The notes under the pieces: model-generated
Databases searched by the model: none
What the model saw: the letters and a program-made list of their open reading frames with translations, nothing else
What the model was told of the DNA's origin: nothing
In this document: in pieces, positions 9,078-17,864 of the stretch
Position numbering within the stretch: position 1 is the stretch's first letter
How the letters are laid out: each line of letters starts with the position of its first letter
NCBI GenBank assembly: GCA_025061115.1
Contig: JANZKC010000001.1
Coordinates: forward strand, 96,001 to 160,000
Source: Candidatus Culexmicrobium cathedralense
GTDB lineage: Archaea > Thermoproteota > Methanomethylicia > Culexarchaeales > Culexmicrobiaceae
DNA: 64,000 nucleotides
Direction: 5' to 3'
Translations under genes and position numbers: made by a program

Positions 9078-10130
9078 ATGGGTGGAATACTATTCATTGG
9101 AGCGGGAAGCGGCGGTGAAAGAATACTTTCAATAGCATATGGCACATTTAAAAATTTAAGAAGTCCTGAAAACTACTTCGTCGCTTTAAACACTAGCAGA
9201 AAAGATCATGAAAGGGTTAAGTCATACTTTGAAGAGAGGAGAATATCCTCATACCCAAACTTCATATTTGAAACCATTGGTCAAGCCGTTTTAAGTGGAT
9301 ATGGTGCTGGAAAAGACCCAAAATTGGGTTTAAAAGCTTATGAAACTGATAGAGAGCAAGTCGTTAACATGCTTAAAAAGCTACATAAAAAGCATAACTT
9401 CAAAATTGCAATTCCCATAGCAAGCCTAGGTGGCGGATGCGGAACGATGATTTTAGGGGAAATAGCCAATGACATTAGGGAGGAGCTTTCCCTTAGAGTT
9501 ATACCCCTATGCACCGTGCCATTTAGAAGGGAAGGAGACCTACTAATTGAAAATGCAATATTAGGGTTAAAGAACCTTTTGAGTAAGGGATTGAGCCCGC
9601 TCATATTTGATAATGAGCTTATGATGAGATTTAGCCAGACAGTTGGAGAAGGAGTTGACAGAGCCAACATAATAATTACTTCATTAATTTCAAGCCTAGT
9701 AGACTTGGTGGAGTTCGGAGGATTCGCAAACCCACCCATAGACATCATCGATTTAACGAGGCTGATACTGCCACAATGCGGCTTCTTTACAGTAGTCTAC
9801 CTAGACAATTACAGGGACTTTAAGAAGAAGTGGAAAGATTTCTTTGAATATCATAAGTCACTAATTTCAAGACCGATCGATGGAACAAACGCCTTTGTGA
9901 TGTTCAAGGCCAGAAGCTTTCCACATGAAATGGCTGAAAAAGTTCTTTCATACCTTCGAGTCAAGTATAAAGCTAAGGAGATAATACCCTCAACGCTTGA
10001 AGATAGGTCTTTCGGAGGATACACCATAGTTGCAATGGTTTGGGGAATGTCCATAAAAGACATGAAACCTAGACTAAAAACAAAGAGGCCACTTAGCGAA
10101 GAAATACTAAAGGCTTTGAGGCTAAGCTAA
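9078..10130 (+). CDS. Divergent tubulin/FtsZ-superfamily GTPase
   Basis: T1-like IGAGSGG.RI, T2-like ALNTS, T3 GYGAGKDP.LG, T4 SLGGGCGT, T5 PFRREG, T6 FDN and T7-like PIDIID. Confidence 0.85.
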   Translation: MGGILFIGAGSGGERILSIAYGTFKNLRSPENYFVALNTSRKDHERVKSYFEERRISSYPNFIFETIGQAVLSGYGAGKDPKLGLKAYETDREQVVNMLKKLHKKHNFKIAIPIASLGGGCGTMILGEIANDIREELSLRVIPLCTVPFRREGDLLIENAILGLKNLLSKGLSPLIFDNELMMRFSQTVGEGVDRANIIITSLISSLVDLVEFGGFANPPIDIIDLTRLILPQCGFFTVVYLDNYRDFKKKWKDFFEYHKSLISRPIDGTNAFVMFKARSFPHEMAEKVLSYLRVKYKAKEIIPSTLEDRSFGGYTIVAMVWGMSIKDMKPRLKTKRPLSEEILKALRLS

Positions 10131-10219
10131 TTCAACTTTTCTTTTTAAGTAAGATATTTAATTTAGATATCCAATTAATATTCTCGATTCTCACCTACAG
10201 CTATCTGGAGGTGGCGGCT

Positions 10220-10543
10220 GTGGGTGGGAAGCATAAGAAAAGCATTTCTCAAATGGAGAAGCAGCAGAGGTTAGCGCAACTAAGAGTACTAAGAGGTAAA
10301 AGGCGATTCGAAGCTATGGAAAAGACGGTAAGGGACATACTCGTTACAGATGAAACCATCAGTCAAATGAAGAGAGAAATACTTAAAATGTCATGCATAA
10401 CCCCCTCAGCAGTTGCATTAAAATTCAATTTGAGGTTAAGCGTAGCTAAAGACCTACTAGAAGAAATGGAGAAGAAAGGAGAAATAATTTTGATTTCGAA
10501 GAACAGGAGACTTTCAATATATAAGCCAGCAGCTGCATCCTAA
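10220..10543 (+). CDS. rps25e: Ribosomal protein S25e (eS25)
   Basis: MGGKHKKSISQMEK, ITPSAVA.KFNLRLSVAK.LL.EM...G.I and IY motifs; a GGAGGTG SD precedes the GTG at 10220. Confidence 0.88.
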   Translation: MGGKHKKSISQMEKQQRLAQLRVLRGKRRFEAMEKTVRDILVTDETISQMKREILKMSCITPSAVALKFNLRLSVAKDLLEEMEKKGEIILISKNRRLSIYKPAAAS

Positions 10544-11193
10544 ATGAATTCACTTAGCCTACGAGAACGCTTAACTTTAGGAAGCTTACCAGTAGCATTA
10601 ACAACGCCAATGGGAGAGTAAGTCACATAACCTAAATCAACAAGCTTCCTCAAAACCAAATCCGGCTTAGAAATGCCAAGCATCTTCAAATCCTCCAAAA
10701 ACCTTATGATTCCAACACTCCAGTAATCATTGAGATACTCTATGGCTTTCTCAAGATCTTCATCAGCCACATGCTCTTCAGCCTCTTCAATTACTGGCTT
10801 AAGCTCAGTTTTCTCCGCTTCTTTAACCTCCAATACCTTATCTAAACTCTCAATTTTCTCCTCAGCAGCTCCACACATGGAAGAGCTAGTTTGAACCTCT
10901 TCAACTGAAGAAGCCTCAGTTGACTTCTCGACTTCAATGCCTTTCCGTATTGCAACAATACGTGGCACAGGATAAGCTACAATATAATCTTCAGGCTCGA
11001 AAAAACCCTCAGGAGCAGAAATTTTCCCCTCTTCAATTAAGTCGTTCAACGCGATGCTCAAAGTTATACTTCCAACATTATTTTCCTCAGCCCACTTAGC
11101 TAACTCACTAAAGGAAACTCTGCCTCCAGCTTTCTCAATAAACCTGTAAAGTTCATTCACAATTCTCTTATAGTAGTCTTCAGCATTCATCAA
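10540..11193 (-). CDS. Hypothetical protein: two winged-helix-like domains, acidic linker and PIP-box-like C-terminus
   Basis: The L..L...G.(I/V) wHTH pattern occurs twice, joined by an E-rich linker; the protein ends RSRRLSEFI. Confidence 0.7.
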   Translation of the reverse strand: MMNAEDYYKRIVNELYRFIEKAGGRVSFSELAKWAEENNVGSITLSIALNDLIEEGKISAPEGFFEPEDYIVAYPVPRIVAIRKGIEVEKSTEASSVEEVQTSSSMCGAAEEKIESLDKVLEVKEAEKTELKPVIEEAEEHVADEDLEKAIEYLNDYWSVGIIRFLEDLKMLGISKPDLVLRKLVDLGYVTYSPIGVVNATGKLPKVKRSRRLSEFI

Positions 11194-11288
11194 TCAGCTT
11201 CACCGCCAACCATATAAAGCTTAATTTCAAGCTTAACCTCAATCAGCAATCTATTTCACTAACAACTATAAAGTTATTCTGGTGAACC

Positions 11289-11693
11289 ATGCCGAGAAAA
11301 CTTGAGAGAAAAGAGAGAAGAGCAGGGTACATGTACTTCAAATCCTCAGAAGTCAGAAGTAACATGAGACTTGAAGACATATTAAATATAGTGTTCACAA
11401 GAGCTGAGAAGTATAAGCACGCTGCACTAATAATACTTGAGGGAATTAAGGAAATCGCAAAATCGAGAAATAGAAAGCCACTATGGATAAGCGATAGCGA
11501 AATGTCCTTGCTAATTCATGAAAGACTTGGAGAGAAAAAGAAGAGCTTAGCTTATAGAGTAATCTCTGAATTCTTGGTTCCAATGGGATTCGTAAGCTAT
11601 AGGCCGGACGAGGGAAGATACTTCATAAGTAAGAGCTTTCAACTAGCATTAATAAGACTTGGAAATGCCTATGCAAGGTGGATTAAAAGTTGA
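11289..11693 (+). CDS. Hypothetical basic protein, winged-helix-like
   Basis: 134 aa with a GGTGA SD and a LVPMGFVSY...GRYFIS wing pattern. Confidence 0.65.
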   Translation: MPRKLERKERRAGYMYFKSSEVRSNMRLEDILNIVFTRAEKYKHAALIILEGIKEIAKSRNRKPLWISDSEMSLLIHERLGEKKKSLAYRVISEFLVPMGFVSYRPDEGRYFISKSFQLALIRLGNAYARWIKS

Positions 11694-12772
11694 AAGTAAA
11701 CTTGGAAAATTTAGCTTATAGGATAGCTAAAGTAAAAGCAAAATTCACAGTCACAGCAATGCCGGACTTCTTCATCGACCACTTCATAATATTCCCGTCA
11801 AGCATAGAAGAATTAGTGATGGAGATTAAGGAGGCTGCAAAACGTCATGGAGGAAACATCTTCAAGGGACACCAATACCTGCTAAGAGGAGGATGTGCAG
11901 CTAACTTCGCCTCAGCACTAGCCAAACTTGGAGTTAAAGTTAAATTAATAGCAGAAACCAACATCATCGGACGCCATATACTTGAAGTGTTCGCTGAAAA
12001 CGTGGACTTAAATCACCTGAAAATTGGAGATGAATATTCAATTACAGCAGCATTGGAAGTTAAAGTTCATGATAAAAATGTGAATATAATGATTAGCTAC
12101 CCCGGCCCGGCTAGCAACTTCGGGCCGGAGAAACTTAATGAAAGCGATTATGAGACAATCATGAAATCCGACTTCATTGCAATTTTCAGCTGGAATATGA
12201 ACAAAAGAGCAAACAACCTAATAAAGGAGGTATTCAGTAGAGCTAAAAACTCCGGTAAAAGTAAAACATACTTGGACCTTGGAGATCCAACTTCAAAGAA
12301 GGATGAACTGAAAAAGCTGATTCGAGAAGTACTTGTCAAAGACCTGGTTGACGCATTAAGTGTTAATGAAAATGAGTTAATTCAATTGGCAAGTGCAATT
12401 AACGTAAATATAGGTGGAGACCACCAAGGAAGATTGATAGGCACCTTAAAGGCAGTTTCAATGAAATTGAACTTGAGAATAGACCTTCACACAGCATGTT
12501 TTGCAGCAACTGCCTATGAAGGCGAAATCAAAGTTGTCCCAACATTTGCTGTTAAAGTGCTTAGAGTTACTGGAGCTGGAGATGCTTGGAACGCAGGTAA
12601 CATATTTGGTTGGGGCATAAACCTAACTGATGTAGAGAGATTGATGGTAGCAAACGCAGTAGCAGCATACTATATATCTAACGAGCACGCTGAGCACCCT
12701 TCATTAAGCGATCTAGCTCGATTCCTCATAAATAATAAATCAAATCTCCATAAACTTAATGCAAATTGCTGA
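11690..12772 (+). CDS. PfkB/ribokinase-family carbohydrate kinase
   Basis: GGCAANFA..LAKLG, NENE and TGAGDAWNAG motifs. Confidence 0.9.
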   Translation: MKVNLENLAYRIAKVKAKFTVTAMPDFFIDHFIIFPSSIEELVMEIKEAAKRHGGNIFKGHQYLLRGGCAANFASALAKLGVKVKLIAETNIIGRHILEVFAENVDLNHLKIGDEYSITAALEVKVHDKNVNIMISYPGPASNFGPEKLNESDYETIMKSDFIAIFSWNMNKRANNLIKEVFSRAKNSGKSKTYLDLGDPTSKKDELKKLIREVLVKDLVDALSVNENELIQLASAINVNIGGDHQGRLIGTLKAVSMKLNLRIDLHTACFAATAYEGEIKVVPTFAVKVLRVTGAGDAWNAGNIFGWGINLTDVERLMVANAVAAYYISNEHAEHPSLSDLARFLINNKSNLHKLNANC

Positions 12773-12783
12773 TAAAATCATAT

Positions 12784-13698
12784 TTAGGTAATAACTATGA
12801 CCTCCTTCTTTAAAACGACAACTGTATGTTCTGCCTGAGCAACCGGCTGCTCATTAACTTCAATCATCATTGGATACTCGCTGATAAAGCCCTTATCCAT
12901 AAGATACTTAAATGCTCTCTCAAATCGAGGGTTCCTGCTACTCTTTGTTAACCACCTCTTCGTAAATGGCAGAGTCTTGTAATTTCTCTGAATCTCTAGG
13001 AATAAACTTCGGGCAGCACCCATTTTGGGAGGCTTTTCGCTAACCAGCTTAAGTATGTTTCCTCCTCGCCTCCCAATAACTTCACCCTTCCCCTTCTTCG
13101 TTGTTGCGAAAGGCTCGATTGCATAGGCATTTTCAGGCTCCAATCTATTAAAAACATCTCTAAAAGACCTGACGTTTGGAATTATAATTCCCGTATGAAC
13201 CTTGTACTGGGCTAATTTATGACCGGCCAAATTAACAATGGGCTTAAAACCATAATATTTGATGGTCTTCTCAATGATCCTGCTGATCTTCGAGACCCTC
13301 ATTCTTGGCTCCAACTCTTTAACTACATTATCTAAGGCTTCCTCAACAGCAATGATCAGCTCTTCATGTTCAGAATTAACATTAACTGTAATTGCGGAGT
13401 CTGCAATAAATCCGCTGTAATGAGCGCCAACATCAACTTTGACGAGAGAGCCTTCCGGAATGGTTTTAATGCTATTTGCAGGAGGAGTGTAATGTGCTGC
13501 AACATGATCTATGCAAATATTACATGGAAAAGCAGGCTTACAGCCTAAACGCTCAACTATTCGCTCAACTTCCTCGCAGATACTTAACAGCTTAGCTCCA
13601 CTTCTCACAGCATTCTTTGCCCAATGCTTAGCTCTTTTAACTGCTTCGCCAGCTTTCAAGTAGTATTCGACAACCTCGTCCATACTCAATTTAATCAC
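12784..13698 (-). CDS. map: Methionine aminopeptidase type II
   Basis: AFPCN, AAHYTP, KVDVG.H..G.IADSA, GH, IEPFAT and AQAEHT motifs. Confidence 0.95.
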   Translation of the reverse strand: MIKLSMDEVVEYYLKAGEAVKRAKHWAKNAVRSGAKLLSICEEVERIVERLGCKPAFPCNICIDHVAAHYTPPANSIKTIPEGSLVKVDVGAHYSGFIADSAITVNVNSEHEELIIAVEEALDNVVKELEPRMRVSKISRIIEKTIKYYGFKPIVNLAGHKLAQYKVHTGIIIPNVRSFRDVFNRLEPENAYAIEPFATTKKGKGEVIGRRGGNILKLVSEKPPKMGAARSLFLEIQRNYKTLPFTKRWLTKSSRNPRFERAFKYLMDKGFISEYPMMIEVNEQPVAQAEHTVVVLKKEVIVIT

Positions 13699-13827
13699 GA
13701 TTAATTATTTGCCCACACGAGACTTAAAATCTTATTTGAGAAGAAAGCAGCTTCAATGCCTAATGATAATCGCTAAATAATAAAAGTTAATGGTTTAGGG
13801 CTCAGCCCTGAAATGATTGTTGTCAAT

Positions 13828-14253
13828 CTAGTAAAAGAATGGTACATCCTTCCAAGCTACGTCCATCCAGTCAAACTCGGTTACAACTTCACGTTTTGAA
13901 ACCACTTTATGCATTCCCTTAAGCAAAGCATGATGTCTAACCTCATCATCCAAAATATACCTCAATACATATGATATGCGCTTATCCTCTATGTCGCCTA
14001 ATAGCTCTTTAATAACTTCAACCATCTCAGCTTCAACTTTAATATGCTTATCAATAACCTTCTCAAGCGATAAATACTCTTCATCAGTTAATGGTTTGCT
14101 CAAACCTTTCAAGTGAATTATTAGGGCGCGAATTAGCTCGGCATGCTTCAACGAATCATGAACAACGCTTTTAATCAGCACCTTTACCAGCTCATTCCCC
14201 AGGGAAGACGTTGCCTCATCCAAAGAAAGTGCATTTTCCTTCTCAATTAACAT
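13828..14253 (-). CDS. Ferritin-like/rubrerythrin four-helix protein (true start may be the ATG at 14285 via a frameshift)
   Basis: Paired E...DSLKH and E...DEVRHH diiron-type motifs. Confidence 0.8.
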   Translation of the reverse strand: MLIEKENALSLDEATSSLGNELVKVLIKSVVHDSLKHAELIRALIIHLKGLSKPLTDEEYLSLEKVIDKHIKVEAEMVEVIKELLGDIEDKRISYVLRYILDDEVRHHALLKGMHKVVSKREVVTEFDWMDVAWKDVPFFY

Positions 14254-14355
14254 TTGTCTTTCTAATATTTCTATGAATTTTTCATATTTAATGATAATTC
14301 ATCATTAACTTAAATATTTAATGCAAGTTACAGCACCCGCAAGCCTAAATTGAAA

Positions 14356-15438
14356 TTACTTAAGTTTCATCACTGGAGCTCTACCTAAGAAACCCAAGTC
14401 AGCCATTTCTCCTGGCTCATTCTCAGTAAGTACAACTCTAATCCCTGAAGGCTTACCCTTAGATTTCAATAGAGCATATATGTCAAGCAGAAAATTTCTC
14501 AAAATCTTACTACTCATTTTAGGTAAAACTGCCATATCAAAACCAGCTACGCAAACCGCTGAAAGAGAAAGCAAGTTATATGCAGTTAATTTACCCTCTT
14601 TACCCAATTCCATAAGCCTAGAATCCTCCGCATATGGCAACATGACCTCATTGAAGCCAATGCACTTGAAACCTTCATTGACTATTTCTCTTATTCTTTC
14701 ATTTAGCTTAAAAATGGCATGGTATGTAGCCGGCTCATAGAAATCTTCACCACTAACCATTTCAATTAGTCTCGCAACGCTATCATCCATCCATGGTGAA
14801 ATCGATAAGTCAATGCCAAAATTATCAATACTAAGTTTATTAGAAATGAAATTTAAAATACACATCGCAGCATTATAACAAGCTTTAATTTCAGCAGTTA
14901 AAGATCCATTATTTCTTAGCGCACTAACTAAATTTCCAACATAAAGCAGTGCTGCTGAAACCCCTATTCTTCCCTTAACCGCTGAAGCAGCTGGAAAGTA
15001 GGGAGTTAATATGTGACTTTTAATTGAAAATGAAACTTTAACGAAGTGCTCTGGACTCAATCTATTCAAAATTAATTCAAGAAGCTTTTGAAAAACTCTT
15101 AATTGAACTTCATTTCCAGAGAGTGAAATAAAAATGCGTCTATGCATAGATAAAACTTCCAGTATTTTCGGTATATCATCTTCATTTGCATTTACTATAG
15201 GGATGGCAATGTAGTCGATTTCATCTGAAAGTCCCCTTTCAAGTTTTTCAGCTATCATAGCTACGCGCCCTGCTGGTTGTGGAGCTAAAGCTAATCTCTT
15301 TGTCCAAATTTCAATGCCAAATTTGCCATAAACATCGTTGATTAAATCGCTTAAGGTTGGACTAAATCGGCTTAAGTCACCCTTAAGCAACTCGGGATCG
15401 ACGTGAAATGTCAACGCGCGAATCTTCATTCGAATCAC
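14356..15438 (-). CDS. DUF711 family protein
   Basis: MKIRALT start, GIDLSISPW, GFNEVMLP..ED..L and S.VC.AGFDM motifs. Confidence 0.8.
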   Translation of the reverse strand: MIRMKIRALTFHVDPELLKGDLSRFSPTLSDLINDVYGKFGIEIWTKRLALAPQPAGRVAMIAEKLERGLSDEIDYIAIPIVNANEDDIPKILEVLSMHRRIFISLSGNEVQLRVFQKLLELILNRLSPEHFVKVSFSIKSHILTPYFPAASAVKGRIGVSAALLYVGNLVSALRNNGSLTAEIKACYNAAMCILNFISNKLSIDNFGIDLSISPWMDDSVARLIEMVSGEDFYEPATYHAIFKLNERIREIVNEGFKCIGFNEVMLPYAEDSRLMELGKEGKLTAYNLLSLSAVCVAGFDMAVLPKMSSKILRNFLLDIYALLKSKGKPSGIRVVLTENEPGEMADLGFLGRAPVMKLK

Positions 15439-15522
15439 TACTTAAATTGAAAGCATGTAAATAAATAAAATGTTTTCGAGAACAAGACATTAGCACCTTC
15501 TAAAGCACGCTATAAACTTGTT

Positions 15523-16665
15523 CTAGAGTAAGCCCGCAGTAAAAATGCCAGCGAATTTTAATGCCTTTGAAGGATTTAATAATAATTGAACCAGACTAGA
15601 AATATGATTATCATAATCAAATTCACGCATAACTTTATCTTGAAACTTTAATCTTTCTGCACCCTTAGCCATAATTTTTACAGGCAAGTAATCGTGAGCT
15701 CCAAGTACTCTAAAAGCGATATACGCAGCTCTTAACCCATTAATTAATGGCTTCACACTAGTGCAATACTCTCCTACAGCTCTTTTCCAGTCCAGTTCGC
15801 TGTTCAACAATTTATTCAGCTTATCAGCCATTAATTTTGCAGCAATAGTGATTGGGTATAGCCCACCTCCACTCAAAGGCTTTGTCATTTGAATGCAATC
15901 CCCAATACCAACAATTCTTCCTAAAGCTATTTTGCCAGCAACTCCGCGAATAATCGTGCCTCCGAAAAAGTATTTTAACTTCGATTTTCGAAGCTTGCCT
16001 TGGATTTCAAGCATTTTCTGAAAAGCCAGTAACCTCCTCTGCAATTTAGCGCTAGACTTTGAAGCTAATCCTATTATAGCTTCGCGCTTATCCTTTAATG
16101 GTATGAACCACGAGAAAAAACCATCGGCGAACTTATTTAAGTAAACTTCAATGCAATCACAATCAACTACACCTTTAATTTTCGCCTGCAAACCGTAATA
16201 ATCGTCGCTTTGACTTATCAAATTAAGATTTCTGGAGTGCAGCCTACTAGCTCCTTCAGCCAAAACAATGACTTCACCATTAAACTTCTCACCTCCTGCA
16301 ATCAAAAAACCCCGATCACTTACATGAGTAACTTTAAAATTCAGCTTAACTTCAGCACCTGCACTTAGGCTTTCATGATATAAGTGCTGCTCCAACCCAA
16401 CCCTATCAACTTTAACTGCCAGTGGGTTCCCCCTCCAAACAAGCGCACCACTCCCAGTGAAAATCTTCATCTCATTGAATGTCTCTTCCACAAGGAATTT
16501 TGGAAGCCGTAAAAGCCTGGCAGTTCTACTGCTAATTATACCTGCGCAATGCTCTGGACGACCAACTCTTCCATGCTCCTCAAAAACAACTACCCCATCT
16601 CCTAAAAAACTAGCTATCAAGAGTCCTGAAAATCCTCCACCGACAATGAGCACTCTTCCCTGCAA
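15523..16665 (-). CDS. Geranylgeranyl reductase-family FAD oxidoreductase (divergent paralog)
   Basis: GGGFSG, HCAG, GFFSWFIP and GD....KPLSGGG motifs. Confidence 0.85.
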   Translation of the reverse strand: MQGRVLIVGGGFSGLLIASFLGDGVVVFEEHGRVGRPEHCAGIISSRTARLLRLPKFLVEETFNEMKIFTGSGALVWRGNPLAVKVDRVGLEQHLYHESLSAGAEVKLNFKVTHVSDRGFLIAGGEKFNGEVIVLAEGASRLHSRNLNLISQSDDYYGLQAKIKGVVDCDCIEVYLNKFADGFFSWFIPLKDKREAIIGLASKSSAKLQRRLLAFQKMLEIQGKLRKSKLKYFFGGTIIRGVAGKIALGRIVGIGDCIQMTKPLSGGGLYPITIAAKLMADKLNKLLNSELDWKRAVGEYCTSVKPLINGLRAAYIAFRVLGAHDYLPVKIMAKGAERLKFQDKVMREFDYDNHISSLVQLLLNPSKALKFAGIFTAGLL

Positions 16666-16766
16666 CGTTACTCAATAAACTTAAATGCATAACCTAAAAT
16701 AGCTTTACTTTATCGTTAAATTAATTTTATATTTTAAGTGAAAACTTAATTTAACTGGGTGATTCG

Positions 16767-17522
16767 GTGCATAATAAGCTCAAAAGAATGCTGAAAAAAG
16801 GGTTGAACGCAATTGGTTTATGGGTTACGATAGATTCACCAGATGTTGCTGAGCTACTTTCAAACGTTGGATTTGACTGGCTTGTCATCGATATGGAGCA
16901 TTCTCACCTAACCATAAGTGATGTACAAAACTTAGTTCAAGTCATAGATGAGAATAATACTACACCAATAGTTAGGACTGCATGGAATGACCCAGTATTA
17001 ATTAAAATGGTTTTGGACGTAGGAGTTCATGGAGTTCTAGTACCATGGGTTAATAGTAGGGAGGAAGCCGAACTAGCAGTAAAGTCTGTCAGATATCCTC
17101 CTCAAGGCATTAGAGGTTATGGACCTAGAAGAGCTGCAATGTACGGCTTAAAGTTAAAGGAATACCTCAAAACTGCCGATCAGGAAGTTATGGTGATTCC
17201 TCAAATTGAAACCGCTAAAGCAGTAGATAATCTTGAAGAAATATTGTCGGTTGAGGGCATAGATGCGATATTTATTGGCCCATATGACTTAGCAGCATCA
17301 CTAGGATACCTGGGAAATCCAAGCCACCCAGTAGTTCAGGAAAAAATCAAATTAATATTAGATAAAAGCAGAACTGCAGGTGTGCCTGCAGGAATTTTCA
17401 CGTCACCTGAAGAAGCAAAAAGGTACATTGAAATGGGATTTCAGCTAATAGCTGCTGGAAGCGACATAGGGATACTCGCAAATAAATGCATGGAAATTTT
17501 AAGAAAACTAAAGAATCAATGA
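16767..17522 (+). CDS. HpcH/HpaI class II aldolase (GarL-like)
   Basis: GFDW.VID.EH, RYPPQGIRG, QIET and FIGPYDL motifs. Confidence 0.92.
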   Translation: MHNKLKRMLKKGLNAIGLWVTIDSPDVAELLSNVGFDWLVIDMEHSHLTISDVQNLVQVIDENNTTPIVRTAWNDPVLIKMVLDVGVHGVLVPWVNSREEAELAVKSVRYPPQGIRGYGPRRAAMYGLKLKEYLKTADQEVMVIPQIETAKAVDNLEEILSVEGIDAIFIGPYDLAASLGYLGNPSHPVVQEKIKLILDKSRTAGVPAGIFTSPEEAKRYIEMGFQLIAAGSDIGILANKCMEILRKLKNQ

Positions 17523-17610
17523 GTTCGCAACCCCATTTATTTAATTTAAAACTAAGTTAAGAGCCACGGCTACTAAGCAAGCTTTAAGTTAAATTTAATG
17601 CAAGTTTTAA

Positions 17611-17856
17611 GTGGTGGTCAGGTTGAATGATTATGAACTCATAAAGCATCCAAAGTTCATTGAATTTCTTTCAGGCATGCTTCTAACATTAGACAAATTT
17701 TACAAGCTTGACGAGGAAATGAGGAAGCTTATAATAAGGAGCTTTGAAAGCTGGCTTAGACGAGTAGGAGAATCGCCGCCTGCAAGAGCTGTCATTAGGT
17801 GTCCGTACTGCGGCAGACCCATTGAAGTCCAACTAACTGCTAGAAGCTTAGCTTAA
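17611..17856 (+). CDS. Small hypothetical protein with a CPYCG motif
   Basis: 81-aa ORF filling an intergenic gap, with a C-terminal CxxC. Confidence 0.6.
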   Translation: MVVRLNDYELIKHPKFIEFLSGMLLTLDKFYKLDEEMRKLIIRSFESWLRRVGESPPARAVIRCPYCGRPIEVQLTARSLA

Positions 17857-17864
17857 TCGAAGCT

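Noticed and set aside
9078-10130. Calling the GTPase canonical ftsZ or cetZ
   Set aside because: The signature, T7 loop and termini deviate too much to assign it without a phylogeny.
13796-13811. Small hairpin AGGGCT-C-AGCCCT downstream of the ferritin-like gene
   Set aside because: Only 6-7 bp with no usable loop, no riboswitch consensus and no clear terminator context.
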